This document shows, one piece after another, positions 1 to 10,795 of a stretch of 57,992 nucleotides of DNA; the first letter of the stretch is position 1, and every line of letters begins with the position of its first letter. The notes beneath the pieces were generated by a model. The model saw nothing but the letters and a program-made list of their open reading frames with translations. It was not told the origin of the DNA and ran no database searches. The translations under genes and the position numbers were made by a program. This DNA is from Girardia tigrina (Eukaryota): assembly GCA_001938485.1 (NCBI GenBank), contig MQRK01236553.1:10903-68894 (forward strand), in the 5' to 3' direction.

Positions 1-1264
1 ATTGACGATTGTAAAGACGGCATCATATGGTGTGATGCCAGTTCGATAGCCATTGGGGCAGCATTGGAAGTTAAAGGAAATATTATAGAAGACGCATCGT
101 GGTTAAGGAAAACTGATGAATCTAGGCACATAAACGTAGCAGAACTAGAAGCAGTTGTAAAGGGTCTAAATCTGTGTATTAAATGGGGACTAACGAATGT
201 TGTAGTAAAATCAGATAACAAATCAGTTGTTTCTTGTATAACTGAGGCACTATCAGAGCGAAATAAATTACACACGAAAGCCTCTTCCGAGCTTTTGATA
301 AAGCGCCGATTGTCAATGATTAAGGAGTTGTGCCAGGAATACGAAATAACTTTGAAAATTGAGTTTGTTAATAGTGAAGACAACAAGGCTGATGAACTGA
401 CAAGAATAGCCAAACAATTAAAACGATGCAGTTGCCTTTTGTCTGTAACAGATGACATATTCAAACTACAGAAACTTCATGACAGATGTCATTTAGGTGC
501 AAAGAGAATGAGATATCTGTGCGATAAGTTGGAAATAAATGTTTCAAANNNNNNNNNNNNNNNNNNNNNNNNNNNNNNNNNNAGTTGTCAATCTATTGAT
601 CCGGCACCAATAAAATGGGAAACTGGAAAATTATCTGTTAATGAAAACTGGACAAGACTTGCAGCGGATGTCACAAAATTTGATCAACAAAAATTCTTAA
701 GCATCATTGATTGTGGACCCTCTCGATTTGCAATATGGAAACTAATCAAAGCTGAGGATGTCAAGTCGATTGTTACAGAGTTTTCAAATTTGTTCTGCGA
801 GCGTGGATCTCCAAAGGAGTTNNNNNNNNNNNNNNNNNNNNNNNNNNNNNNNNNNNNNNNNNNNNNNNNNNNNNNNNNNNNNNNNNNNNNNNNNNNNNNN
901 NNNNNNNNNNNNNNNNNNNNNNNNNNNNNNNNNNNNNNNNNNNNNNNNNNNNNNNNNNNNNNNNNNNNNNNNNNNNNNNNNNNNNNNNNNNNNNNNNNNN
1001 NNNNNNNNNNNNNNNNNNNNNNNNNNNNNNNNNNNNNNNNNNNNNNNNNNNNNNNNNNNNNNNNNNNNNNNNNNNNNNNNNNNNNNNNNNNNNNNNNAAA
1101 CTCTTACTCTGATTACATGTTGGAAAATAACAACGAATCAGCTCCAAGTGTTAAGCAAAGTGACGGGAATCAGCAACAGACCCCAAAGAGAAAGACGAAA
1201 ACCGAAATATTTGAACGAGTATGTGGTAGATATAGATTTTTGTGATGAAGAATCTGGGGGGAAG
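1..1264 (+). mobile_element. Ty3/Gypsy LTR retrotransposon pol 3' part (RNase H + integrase), open at the window start, with gaps
   Basis: Frame 1 is open from base 1. RNase H motifs WCDASSIAIG, HINVAELEA, SDNKSV, NKADELTR. Integrase HHCC (HDRCHLG...CQ) and core start WTRLAADVT/IIDCGPSRF. Tail RERRKPKYLNEYV in a second frame. Purine tract GAAGAATCTGGGGGGAAG ends at 1264. Confidence 0.9.
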
Positions 1265-1403
1265 TGTTACATGTTAAATTTATTTCTTAAATGAAATATT
1301 TAACATGAAATAAATGTAGATAATTATTTATTTAAATAATATCTATTTTTAAAGTATTGTTAGTGAAAAATAAATTTTATAGATTTGTGATTCGTTTGTT
1401 ACA
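1265..1403 (+). repeat. Putative short 3' LTR of the first Gypsy element
   Basis: Starts TGT immediately after the PPT, contains AATAAA and ends ACA at 1403. The partner LTR is outside the window, so the right end is inferred. Confidence 0.55.
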
Positions 1404-2740
1404 TAATGTTTATTCAATTATTAATTGAGAGGCAATTTTATGTCGATGTGAATTCGAAGAATGAATATCGCTCGCAATTTTCGCCATTCAGTTTTAATGA
1501 TATCATTTATTTCCATATTATTAAAACATAAAGCTTAAATTGTATTGCCAATGACAATAGTTTAAAAATTAAAAACGATCGATAAAATCGAACAGAAATA
1601 ATTCGATGATGAAAATAAGGATACGATTAACGCGGTCAACGATCTAAAGCCAGTTGACAAAGAAAAACAATTTCGGATCGTTAAATTAATTCTCAGCTCG
1701 TGATTTTCGGTGATCCGGGAATTTTTTGGTTCGCGTGATCGTACTCTGAGCTCGGGAACATTCTTAGACTTTCAAATCAGATCAAATTTTCCCGGACAAA
1801 CACCAAAACAGGACAATTAAAAATACTTTTTTTGGACACGATACCCGATTTGGCCAACGAAATTCGTCAATCTAATCAATTCCTGGACGAAAATCGGGAT
1901 TCAAAGTAACTATAATATTATTTTGTGTGTTAAATACAGTGATATTTTCCTACCCATTACTTGTGATCCTTGTAATTTATTATTCGTCTTGCCAAATTTT
2001 ACTTCCTTCTGTTTAACTGTTACATAATTATAATTTTATCAATTTATATTTTTTTTATTTTATTGTATTTAACTACGAGATTGCGTAGACGAGTTATTGA
2101 CGATCTTTGACTCACTAGCTCGTTTCCGTAATACCGACCACCCTCGTAGAAAATTTAATTTTTTTAAATGTTCGGGACCCGAGAGAGAGAGAGTAACCCA
2201 CTACTCCCGCTGTCGGTCGCGAATATTCAACAATACAAACCTATGTTCTGATTTTTAGTCACTGAATTTTAGTCTTCAATTTAATTTCAGAAACAACTGA
2301 TCTTTGTATTCAAGTTTTAGTGATTCAATTTTTGTCTGATTTTCTCTAAAATTCTCGCTGTTTATATATTGGTTTTTCGTTCTAAAATCTTTGCGTGTTC
2401 AATCTTAATTGGTCCACGTACGTTTTGGAATCGGATGACCAATTTCGATTGGAACACGTCAGTTCCATTTATGGAGTTTCTAAAATTAAAAAAGTTTAGA
2501 AAATTTTGGATCCATGATTAACCCGGTAAAGTACTTTTAATTTGTTTTAATTTTACTAATTTTGATAATTTTTCCTGCCTTTTCCGGACCTCCAAAACAT
2601 AATTGTTTGTTCAAACCAACTGTATCTCATCGTTGATGATGTTCCGCGCGCGCGATTCAAATCCCATGCGGAAATTCCGTCTCAAAGTGAGTTAATTTTA
2701 CTTTTCGTTTGACCTTTCTCTTTTTATACATTTTAATTCA

Positions 2741-4214
2741 TTTTTTTACCTCCTGGAGTCCGGCATAATGTACAGGCCCGCCTCTGTGACGAACCAAAGG
2801 AGAGTGGGGACATTATTTTATTAATATATTCATATAAATTTGATTTTAACTTCTTCTGATTTTTTGACCGAAACCTTCTGATTTTTGACTAAAACTTTTG
2901 ATTTTATCTTTCGGAATTTTCCGATAATTGCATCACACGGTAATCATCACGTTGATTGATTGTGCGTTTTGAATTATTTTACTATTTTTATTAATATTTG
3001 TTATGCGCGTGATTTCCTCGGTTTTTATTTTTCACATCGATTTTAGTCGGATTATTTATGCGGTGTTCGATTATTTTCTTTAATCCATTTATTGCTATTT
3101 TTTTGGTTATTTTTTTAGATTTTTTCGACATCTAATTCATTCTGTTCGATATATTTTTGATTTATAATTTATTGCGGATTTTATGAATATTTATCATTAT
3201 TACGTTTTCACAGCCTTTTACACTACTCCAAATCGATTGGAATCTGCTTCGGTGGCGTCCGCATAATATAGGACTCATTGTTCACTTGAATATCTATTAT
3301 TTTGGATGATTTTCGATTTAATTGATTTTTATGTTTCTTCTCGTATTTTTCTATTTTTGTTGTGTATTTTTTTCAAGTTTTCTATCGCGTAATTTTTGTC
3401 ATTATTTTTACGATTTTTTCTCCTTTTATCGATTGACTTTCATTCATATTTGCGTTTTTGGATAGCCGGAATAAAATAAATAAAAATTTTGTTATTTTTT
3501 AATTATTTTCTTTCGAAATCTTGGTCGATTGGTGTTGATTGCGTTGTTTTCGCATTTTGTTGATTTTTCTGCGATTTTTCCGATTATTTTATAAATTTTC
3601 CGTCTTTATTTTGTGAGGTTTTCATCGTTACTTCTTTATTTGGCGATGTTCCAATTTATATTATTTCCTCTCGTTTTTCGATGTGATCTTTTTTTATCTG
3701 TGGGTATTTTATGAGTATTTTAATAATTTTTCCGATTATTTTATTTGTTTATTTCATCGTAATCCGTTCAGTAATTGTTATTTATTGATTTATTATTTTT
3801 ATTTTAATTTTGCTATTTCTCTGTCAATTCTTAACAAATTTTTACACTTCTTGTTTCGTTTTACTCGTAAAATTATTCTGGAATTTTAAGATAATTTTGC
3901 AGATTTTTATCCGTTCGTTTTTTGCGAATTATTCCGATTTTATCGTCTATTGATTCGTATTTATTTATTTTTCTACCAATATTGACACTTTTCCTATCAT
4001 TTCGTACAAATTTTGTCACTTCTTGTTATCTATTTATTATAATTCTTGCATTTTTTTACGAATTCTCTTGCTCTTTATATTTTATGTTCTTTTCGATTAT
4101 TTTGTTTTAATTGTGCTTAAATTTTATATATTAAATTATGTTTTATTGAATTTTGATTCTATCGCAACAGAAGTAATAAGTAAACTGAGCGAACGTAGCA
4201 ACTGTAGTTGATAC
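2741..4214 (-). pseudogene. Possible heavily decayed non-LTR (LINE) RT relic; may continue at 8211-8700 on the other side of the Gypsy insertion
   Basis: Minus strand is strongly A-rich. In order it reads VLYYADAT (~3270-3250, YADD-like), CENVIMINIHK (WC..N.M.IN..K-like, after a frameshift) and a degraded KYLGIT-like stretch. A GC-richer 3' segment then ends in A8 at 2741-2747. Confidence 0.35.
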
Positions 4215-4388
4215 TGAAGTAATCGAAATGATTTATTCAAAACCAATACAAGTAAGTACAACGATCTAAAAAGAAAAACAAGATAATTAATACCAAACCA
4301 CTCCACAACAACAACACATAAACAAAAACCAAACATTCTCATAAAGTGAATATTAAAACAAATTGCAATTTAAAACAAACATACCACA
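4215..4388 (-). repeat. 3' LTR (174 bp)
   Basis: Direct repeat of 8037-8210 with 5 substitutions counted by eye. Confidence 0.95.
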
Positions 4389-4399
4389 TTCACCCACAG

Positions 4400-7300
4400 T
4401 TTTTTTTTAAATGACGCATAGTCTTTCATCCACTCCGGATCGCGTCTTTCGCATTGTGGCCTTCCACCATACTCCTCGTGTTGCTGGTCAATATAACTTT
4501 CAACCAATGTTTCATCCACTTGCTCTTCTGGTCGCACTATCTGGTTCCCATCATTGTTTTTCTCGTTGCTATCGGCATCCGTCGCCGCCCTTGATAAATG
4601 ATGAGCCGACACCGTATCTGTTCTTCCGGTTGAGAATTTCACTTGAATTACTTGAGGAGAAACTACTTTTTAAACGATAACTTTTTCGACTTTCCCTTGG
4701 GCGTGTTACTTTTTCAGAAGCACCTCTTGTCCTGTCGCCAGCCACGGGGCAAACACAAACGGTATAGTCGGAGCTTCCATAAAGACGTCCCTCTCTTCCA
4801 AGGTTGATCGCCGACGAAATGCAAATAATAGTTCGTGGGGCGTTTTATAATCGAGTGCCCTAGAAGGATATGAACGAATGTTCATAAGTGCCATATTCAG
4901 CTGGAGTTCCCACTGAGATGAATGCAAATTTAATTGTTGAAGACGCAGCTGCACTGTTTTCCATTTTGTGCCATTCATGCGTTCTATCTGCCCGTTCCCT
5001 TGCGGATGGTATGGAGTTGAACGAGTACGCACGATGTTCCATTGGTGCAGGAAGTCGGAAAATTCACTTGACTCAAATTGAGTCCCTCGATCACTGTGTA
5101 TAAAGCTGGGTGGACCAAAAATAGTAAAAAGACTTGTCAAACGATTAATAACATTTCTGGTTGTCATGGATGGTAATGGGAATTCGAAAGGGTACCGACT
5201 ATATTCTTCTACGACCGTGAGGATATAAACATTCCGTGTAGTTGACTGCTTGGGTCCCATAAAATCAATTGCTATTCTCTGCCATGGTCTTGTAGCGTGG
5301 ATTACATTTCCTTGTGGCACTTTTGCAAATTTTGGTTTCATCCTTGCACAAATTTCGCACCCAGCAATATATTTTTCCACTTCCTTACGTAGACCTGACC
5401 TCTGAAATTGCTTCTCCAAATAATGGGTCAAACGGCTAATACCTGGATGCCACATGTTGTTGTGAATTATGGCAATTAATTCTTGATCATGCAAGAACGA
5501 ATTATTACTTGACACTGAGGCTATGCGGCTAAGAGGATCGGCCAATGCATTAAGATTACCAGGCCGATACTGAATTTGAAATTTATACTCTGCCAACCCG
5601 ATTCTCCAACGGTACAGCTTACTATTCTTGATCCTGTTTCGAGGTTGAGAATCAAAGAGGAACGCAACTCCTTATTGATCAGTGATGACAATAAATTTGC
5701 GGCCCAACAGAAAATGTCGAAAGTTCTCCACTGCGGCAACGATTGCGTAAGCTTCCAGCTTCACAGCTGCCCATCCGCTTTCATTTTGAGATAATCTGTG
5801 AGAAAAATAAGCCAATAGTTTCCCAGATTGAGAGAGAACAGCTCCAATCGATGTTGAGGACGCATCCGTTTCCGGGGGCAGTGGTGTTTCATCCTCTGGA
5901 ATCGCTAAAAATGACTTAGCAATGATGTTTTTGAGTGTTAAAATGGCTCGCACACAGTCTGTATTCAATGGGAAAACAGGACGTTCTTTTGCTTCAAAAA
6001 GTGGTTTTGCTGTCTCTGCAAAATCTGGAACCCACTTCGAGTTATACACCAACATTCCCACCAGGCGTTCCAATTCCTTTTTGTTCCGAGGTATTGGAAA
6101 TTCCAGTAATGGTTGCAACTGGGCTGGATCTGGCTTCATTATTCCATCTTCAAATACATGACCCAGGAAGGTAAGTTTCTTTTGATACAGTTGGCACTTC
6201 GACAAATTAAGGGTTAAATTCACTTTCCGTGCTCGAGTAATGAACTTTTGGAAGTTTGTGTCATGTTCTTGTCGAGAGCGGCCACAGATGACTACATCAT
6301 CGAAATAGTGAACAACTCCTTCAAAACCCGTAGTAATTTGTTTCATAACTCTACAGAATACTGGTACACCATTTGTTACACCAAAAGGAAGTCTAGTAAA
6401 CTGCCACAAATTACCGTCCGCTTCGAAAGTCGTGAATGGTTGGTCAGCTTCTGACAACGGGACTTGGTGGTATGTAGATCTTAAATCAAGTGTTATAAAG
6501 AAGCGGTGCCCGTGAAACTGATTGATGACCGATTGCATATGTGGTACAGGAAAAGCATCCAAGGCCGTGAATTTGTTGATGGTTGTTGAATAATCGACGC
6601 AAAGCCGCTTCTTCCCCGAAGTGTTTTCGGCAACAACCACTTGGGCTCGCCACTGTGAATGAGATTTCTTAATGATGCCTTCAGATTCCTGGCGCCTGAC
6701 TTCCTTTTGGATAAACTGCACGTCTTGGATTGAGCGAAATCTGAATGGAACTCGCACTGGTTTTGCCGAAATAGGTACTGTAAACAAGCTCACTGGCGGA
6801 ATGTTTAGCACAGATGGCCGATCTGAGATCTGACACAGGTCTTCCAAAACATCTGGAGCCACCGACGCAACTTTCAGAGGTGGAAGAGAACCAGGCAAAG
6901 AAAGCACCAATGCTTGGAACTGGTTCAATGTGTTCATACCCAGGATTGCCTTTTCATTGAGGCGATCCGCAATGAGTATTTTTGTTGTTACAGGTCCCTC
7001 TGTGAATTGGATCACCACTTGAGACTCCCCCACTATTCTCAGAACAGATGCGTCTACTTTGACCGCCCGATTAGTGCCCTTGTTAATCACAATACCTGCT
7101 ACTCGTGCTGTTGTCCGCGAAACAATAGACGCTTCACTACCACTATCAATCAACCAGTTAATTGACCTGCCATTGATGGACGCTTTCAAAAACTTCCGGT
7201 TATCAAATCTGGACTTCCGTCTTTCATTTATGACACCTACGATGACAGTAGATGATACTCCGACCTTTGCTTTACGGCAGACTTTCTGGAAATGCCCCAT

Positions 7301-8017
7301 GATCTTGCACAAATGGCACACTTTGTTTTTAGCCGGACAATCTAGTCTACTGTGCTTTGTTTTGGAACCGCACCAGTAACATGATCCAAAACTTTTTTGA
7401 AAATTGGATTGTGACACTCCTGCAATTGTATGACTNNNNNNNNNNNNNNNNNNNNNNNNNNNNNNNNNNNNNNNNNNNNNNNNNNNNNNNNNNNNNNNNN
7501 NNNNNNNNNNNNNNNNNNNNNNNNNNNNNNNNNNNNNNNNNNNNNNNNNNNNNNNNNNNNNNNNNNNNNNNNNNNNNNNNNNNNNNNNNNNNNNNNNNNN
7601 NNNNCAACAAAACGCATCCCGCAATGCTTCGTCAGCGAACGCTGTTGGGAAGTCACAATATTTTGAAATGGATCGGATTTGGCTCACAAAATCTCGGAGA
7701 CTTTGACCATGTTGCTGCTTGTGAGTGTACAGCCGAACTCTTTCCAATAGAATATTTTTGTCAGTTGCAAATTTCGTCCTGAAGAAATCCACTGGCCTTG
7801 AGAATGCAGTCATATTTTTGTTCTCATCAGAAATCTTAAGCCATTCCAGCTCATCATAGAGACTGGAGGCCTTCTGTCCCATACACAGAAGAAGTAAGTC
7901 TAGCTTTGAGTCGTCATCCACATCCTCAACTCGTAAATAACGCTGAAACTGTCGAATAAACTGGTCAAAGGATTCGGCTGTTGTTTCCAATAGTTGAGGA
8001 GCCTTGACTTTTGGCAT
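4400..8017 (-). pseudogene. Gypsy gag-pol polyprotein, single frame, disrupted
   Basis: ATG at 8017 (MPKVKAP). Zinc knuckles CYWCGSKTKHSRLDC and CHLCKIMGHFQKVC. Protease LIDSGSEA, RT LPFG/YFDD, RNase H TDASSTSIGAVL, integrase HHCC plus IDFMGP/SDRGTQF/GQIER. There is an in-frame TAA at 5672-5674 (ORF 4706-5596 is in the same frame), and a stop plus frameshift near 4706 before the GRTDTVS tail. Confidence 0.9.
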
Positions 8018-8036
8018 AATTTTTATGATCGTTGAG

Positions 8037-8210
8037 TGAAGTAATCGAAATGATTTATTCAAAACCAATACAAATGAGTACAACGATCTAAAAAGAAAAA
8101 CAAGATAATTATTACCAAACCACTCCACAACAGCAACACATAAACAAAAACCAAACATTCGCATAAAGTGAATATTAAAACAAATTGCAATTTAAAACAA
8201 ACATACCACA
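8037..8210 (-). repeat. 5' LTR (174 bp)
   Basis: Direct repeat of 4215-4388. On the minus strand it starts TGTGG, ends CTTCA and has AATAAA at 8059-8054. Confidence 0.95.
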
Positions 8211-9524
8211 TATACCTTTCGTATTATTATAAATTCATTTCGTCGAAAGTTTAAATTTATTATTCGGAATTCTTTATTTCATAATTTTAATAGAACTTTG
8301 TTTATGTTAGTTATTAGTTGATAAATAATATTTTAATATATATTTAATGGTGTTTAATAACTTATATTATTCGATTAATAATATTTAATGACTTACATTA
8401 TTCGATTTGATTATCTATTTATTAATTTAATAATTTGCATTGTTTAATTCGATCCTCCATTTCCTTAATTGTCATAATCATTTATTGATTATTGTAATAA
8501 TTCACATTGCCTAGCTTGATTATTTATTTTTATCATTGATTTAACAATTTCATTGCATAAATCGATTTCGTATTTCTACACTTAATCATCTCTGGAGAAT
8601 TAACTAAATTTCATTGATCACATCGACTCAACCGTCTCTCAAGTTAAATTGTTACCCTGGTCGACTAAAAGTCTAATTAGTAATTTTATCGCTTCGGTGA
8701 TTGCCTTGTTCTCATAATGACTATTGAATGAAAATATTCCAAATAGTAAAGTTTTCAGTTGTCAGTGATGAATTTGACTAGTGATATAATCGAGAGTATA
8801 ATTGATATGATTGATATAATATAACATAAAATCAGTGATACATGTCAGAACAGAGAAATAAAGTAAAATCTTGAAAGCAGAACTGAAGATTGAGGCAGAA
8901 TAAATAAATGTAAATGAAAAATGTTACCAAAGTAAAATTATTAAATTTATCAAAATTGTCTTAATTAAAATTTATCGGATTAAACCGAACTCAAAATAAT
9001 TCGAGAGTAATAAAACGTCATCAACAAAAGTATCGCAAAACTACAGCCTAATTATTATCGAATATTAAACAATTGAGAGTATACATAACATAGTTAAAAG
9101 TAGATATCATTGAGTATAAAACTTTAAATCAAATCTAATTTGAATTTCATTGGGACAAAGAACCGTTCGGAAATGACGCAGGCTGCTTGTAGCATGCAAG
9201 GGGCACGCGGGCAGACCAGCGTTTATTTTCTTGGGGCTCTCTTTGCCTTACTCAAACAACGTAGTTTGTAAAATAAATTTTAAGAGGAACTAATATCAAC
9301 GCCTCCAGAAGCTGAGCTACCGGCCGGATCATCCTCGATGCTGGTAAAGAACCAGAAGGCGCTCCAACGTACACACAACGTGTTGATGTGAGCGAAGGAG
9401 ACACGTCTGTTCCCGTGCTTGTAAAATTGGTGAATTGCCAGAATTAGCCTGAGATAAGCTTGAGTTGCCGTTTAACTCGAAAAACTCAGAAAACGGAGGG
9501 GGCTCAGAGTCAACTAAAATGTAT

Positions 9525-9526
<2 letters not shown>

Positions 9527-9578
<52 letters not shown>

Positions 9579-9652
9579 NNNNNNNNNNNNNNNNNNNNNN
9601 NNNNNNNNNNNNNNNNNNNNNNNNNNNNATATATATATATATATATATATAT
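9527..9652. repeat. (TA)n microsatellite with gap
   Basis: Direct reading. Confidence 0.95.
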
Positions 9653-9689
9653 GTATATCAATATCAAATAAATAATACCAAAAAGAAAT

Positions 9690-10332
9690 TTGAAAAAAAA
9701 GTATTTTAATTATTGACCGGAAACTTTTAGGACAACCTAATATGTGACTTTTAAAATGATATATCAACAGATTCATCATAGATTACAGAGTAAAATGAAC
9801 TACTATTTATCGCTTGAATAATATGCTCTCTGAAAATATCTCCTTAAATATTTATAATTTGATTTTGTGTTCTGTGTGATATGTATTTTGCATTTTGGCC
9901 AGATGTTTCCAAGCGATTTCATATAATCAATAATAAATAAATTTCTGAATGCACTGTGCTCATCATTTTTGACTCTTGAAGGAAAGCCATGTGTTCCACA
10001 AAATACTATACTTTTAATGATTGGAAATAAATTTTGCATATTAAATTCAATAGCTTGGTGTACATATATATCAATTTGTTCAACTACATTCAGTTGTTCG
10101 CGTTTCAATATTTGAACAAAATTATTTGCACTTGACGATGACTCACAATGCCATTTCGATGATATGTGATTTTAAATACTGTAATGGAAATCTTAATATT
10201 TTGTATTTCGGTCATTATGACTGAATTCCCAAAAGAACGAATCCCAAATAAGTAAGAATATATAAATTTATATTTATCATTAAATAATTTTTATAAAATC
10301 AGTGAAACCATTCTCCCCTTAATCATGCCTCG
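9690..10332 (-). mobile_element. hAT transposase relic (ZMYM1/PRKRIR-like, DUF4371 region)
   Basis: HISSKWH...LFPIIKSIVFCGTHGFPSR; after a frameshift NAKYISHRTQNQIINI and FYSVIYDESVDIS (first catalytic D region). A hAT-like end GAGGCATGATTAAGGGG lies near 10332. Confidence 0.75.
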
Positions 10333-10771
10333 TAGGGGGACCAACCAATGTGCAACCACAATCGATTAATTATAAACTTTTATTTCATAAATGTTCAGTA
10401 CAACAATCTTAAATAGAACAGATTGATTTGGTGAATTCTAACGAAATTACAATAATCATATAATAAATTAATTTCAAGCAAAAATTTGAAAAAAGGAATT
10501 TGAACTTAGCTTAAACTTCCTCAAATGAAATTAAACGATATTAAATAATAATTTAAAAAAATTTTAACGAAAAAAACCAAAATTTATCATTGATAAAATA
10601 AAACAATTATTTTAAAACATGTAAATCAAATTTTAATTTTAAAAATAAATTCCATTTTGGTTATGTGTTTTAATTTATCAATTTAATATTAATTACCAAT
10701 AATTTAATTTAAGAATTTTGAATTACTCACTTTATTTTAAAGTGTTAATAAATATTAAAAGTTCATCGAAG

Positions 10772-10795
10772 ATGTCCTTTCAAAATGAATTATGG
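10772..10795 (+). CDS. F-BAR gene exon 1 (MSFQNELW)
   Basis: ATG...TGG followed by a GTAAAA donor, phase 0. Confidence 0.8.

Larger units (their letters stand above)
4215..8210 (-). mobile_element. Near full-length Ty3/Gypsy LTR retrotransposon (3996 bp; Mag-like double zinc knuckle gag)
   Basis: Two 174-bp TG...CA LTRs. Flanks GATAC (4210-4214) and TATAC (8211-8215) form a 4/5 TSD. Domain order is gag-PR-RT-RH-IN. PPT-like AAAAAAAAAACTGTGGGTGAA precedes the 3' LTR. Confidence 0.95.

Noticed and set aside
3683-4211. Phe/Ile-rich plus-strand ORFs as membrane proteins
   Set aside because: A by-product of T-rich composition; no splice or homology support.
5672-5674. Programmed stop read-through
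   Set aside because: The TAA lies inside RNase H (TDQ*GVAF), not at a gag-pol boundary; a nonsense mutation is simpler.
8018-8164. N-terminal hydrophobic extension of the 830-aa ORF (MRMFGFCLCV...)
   Set aside because: It is LTR sequence read through (the same peptide appears at 4136-4342); the likely gag start is the ATG at 8017.
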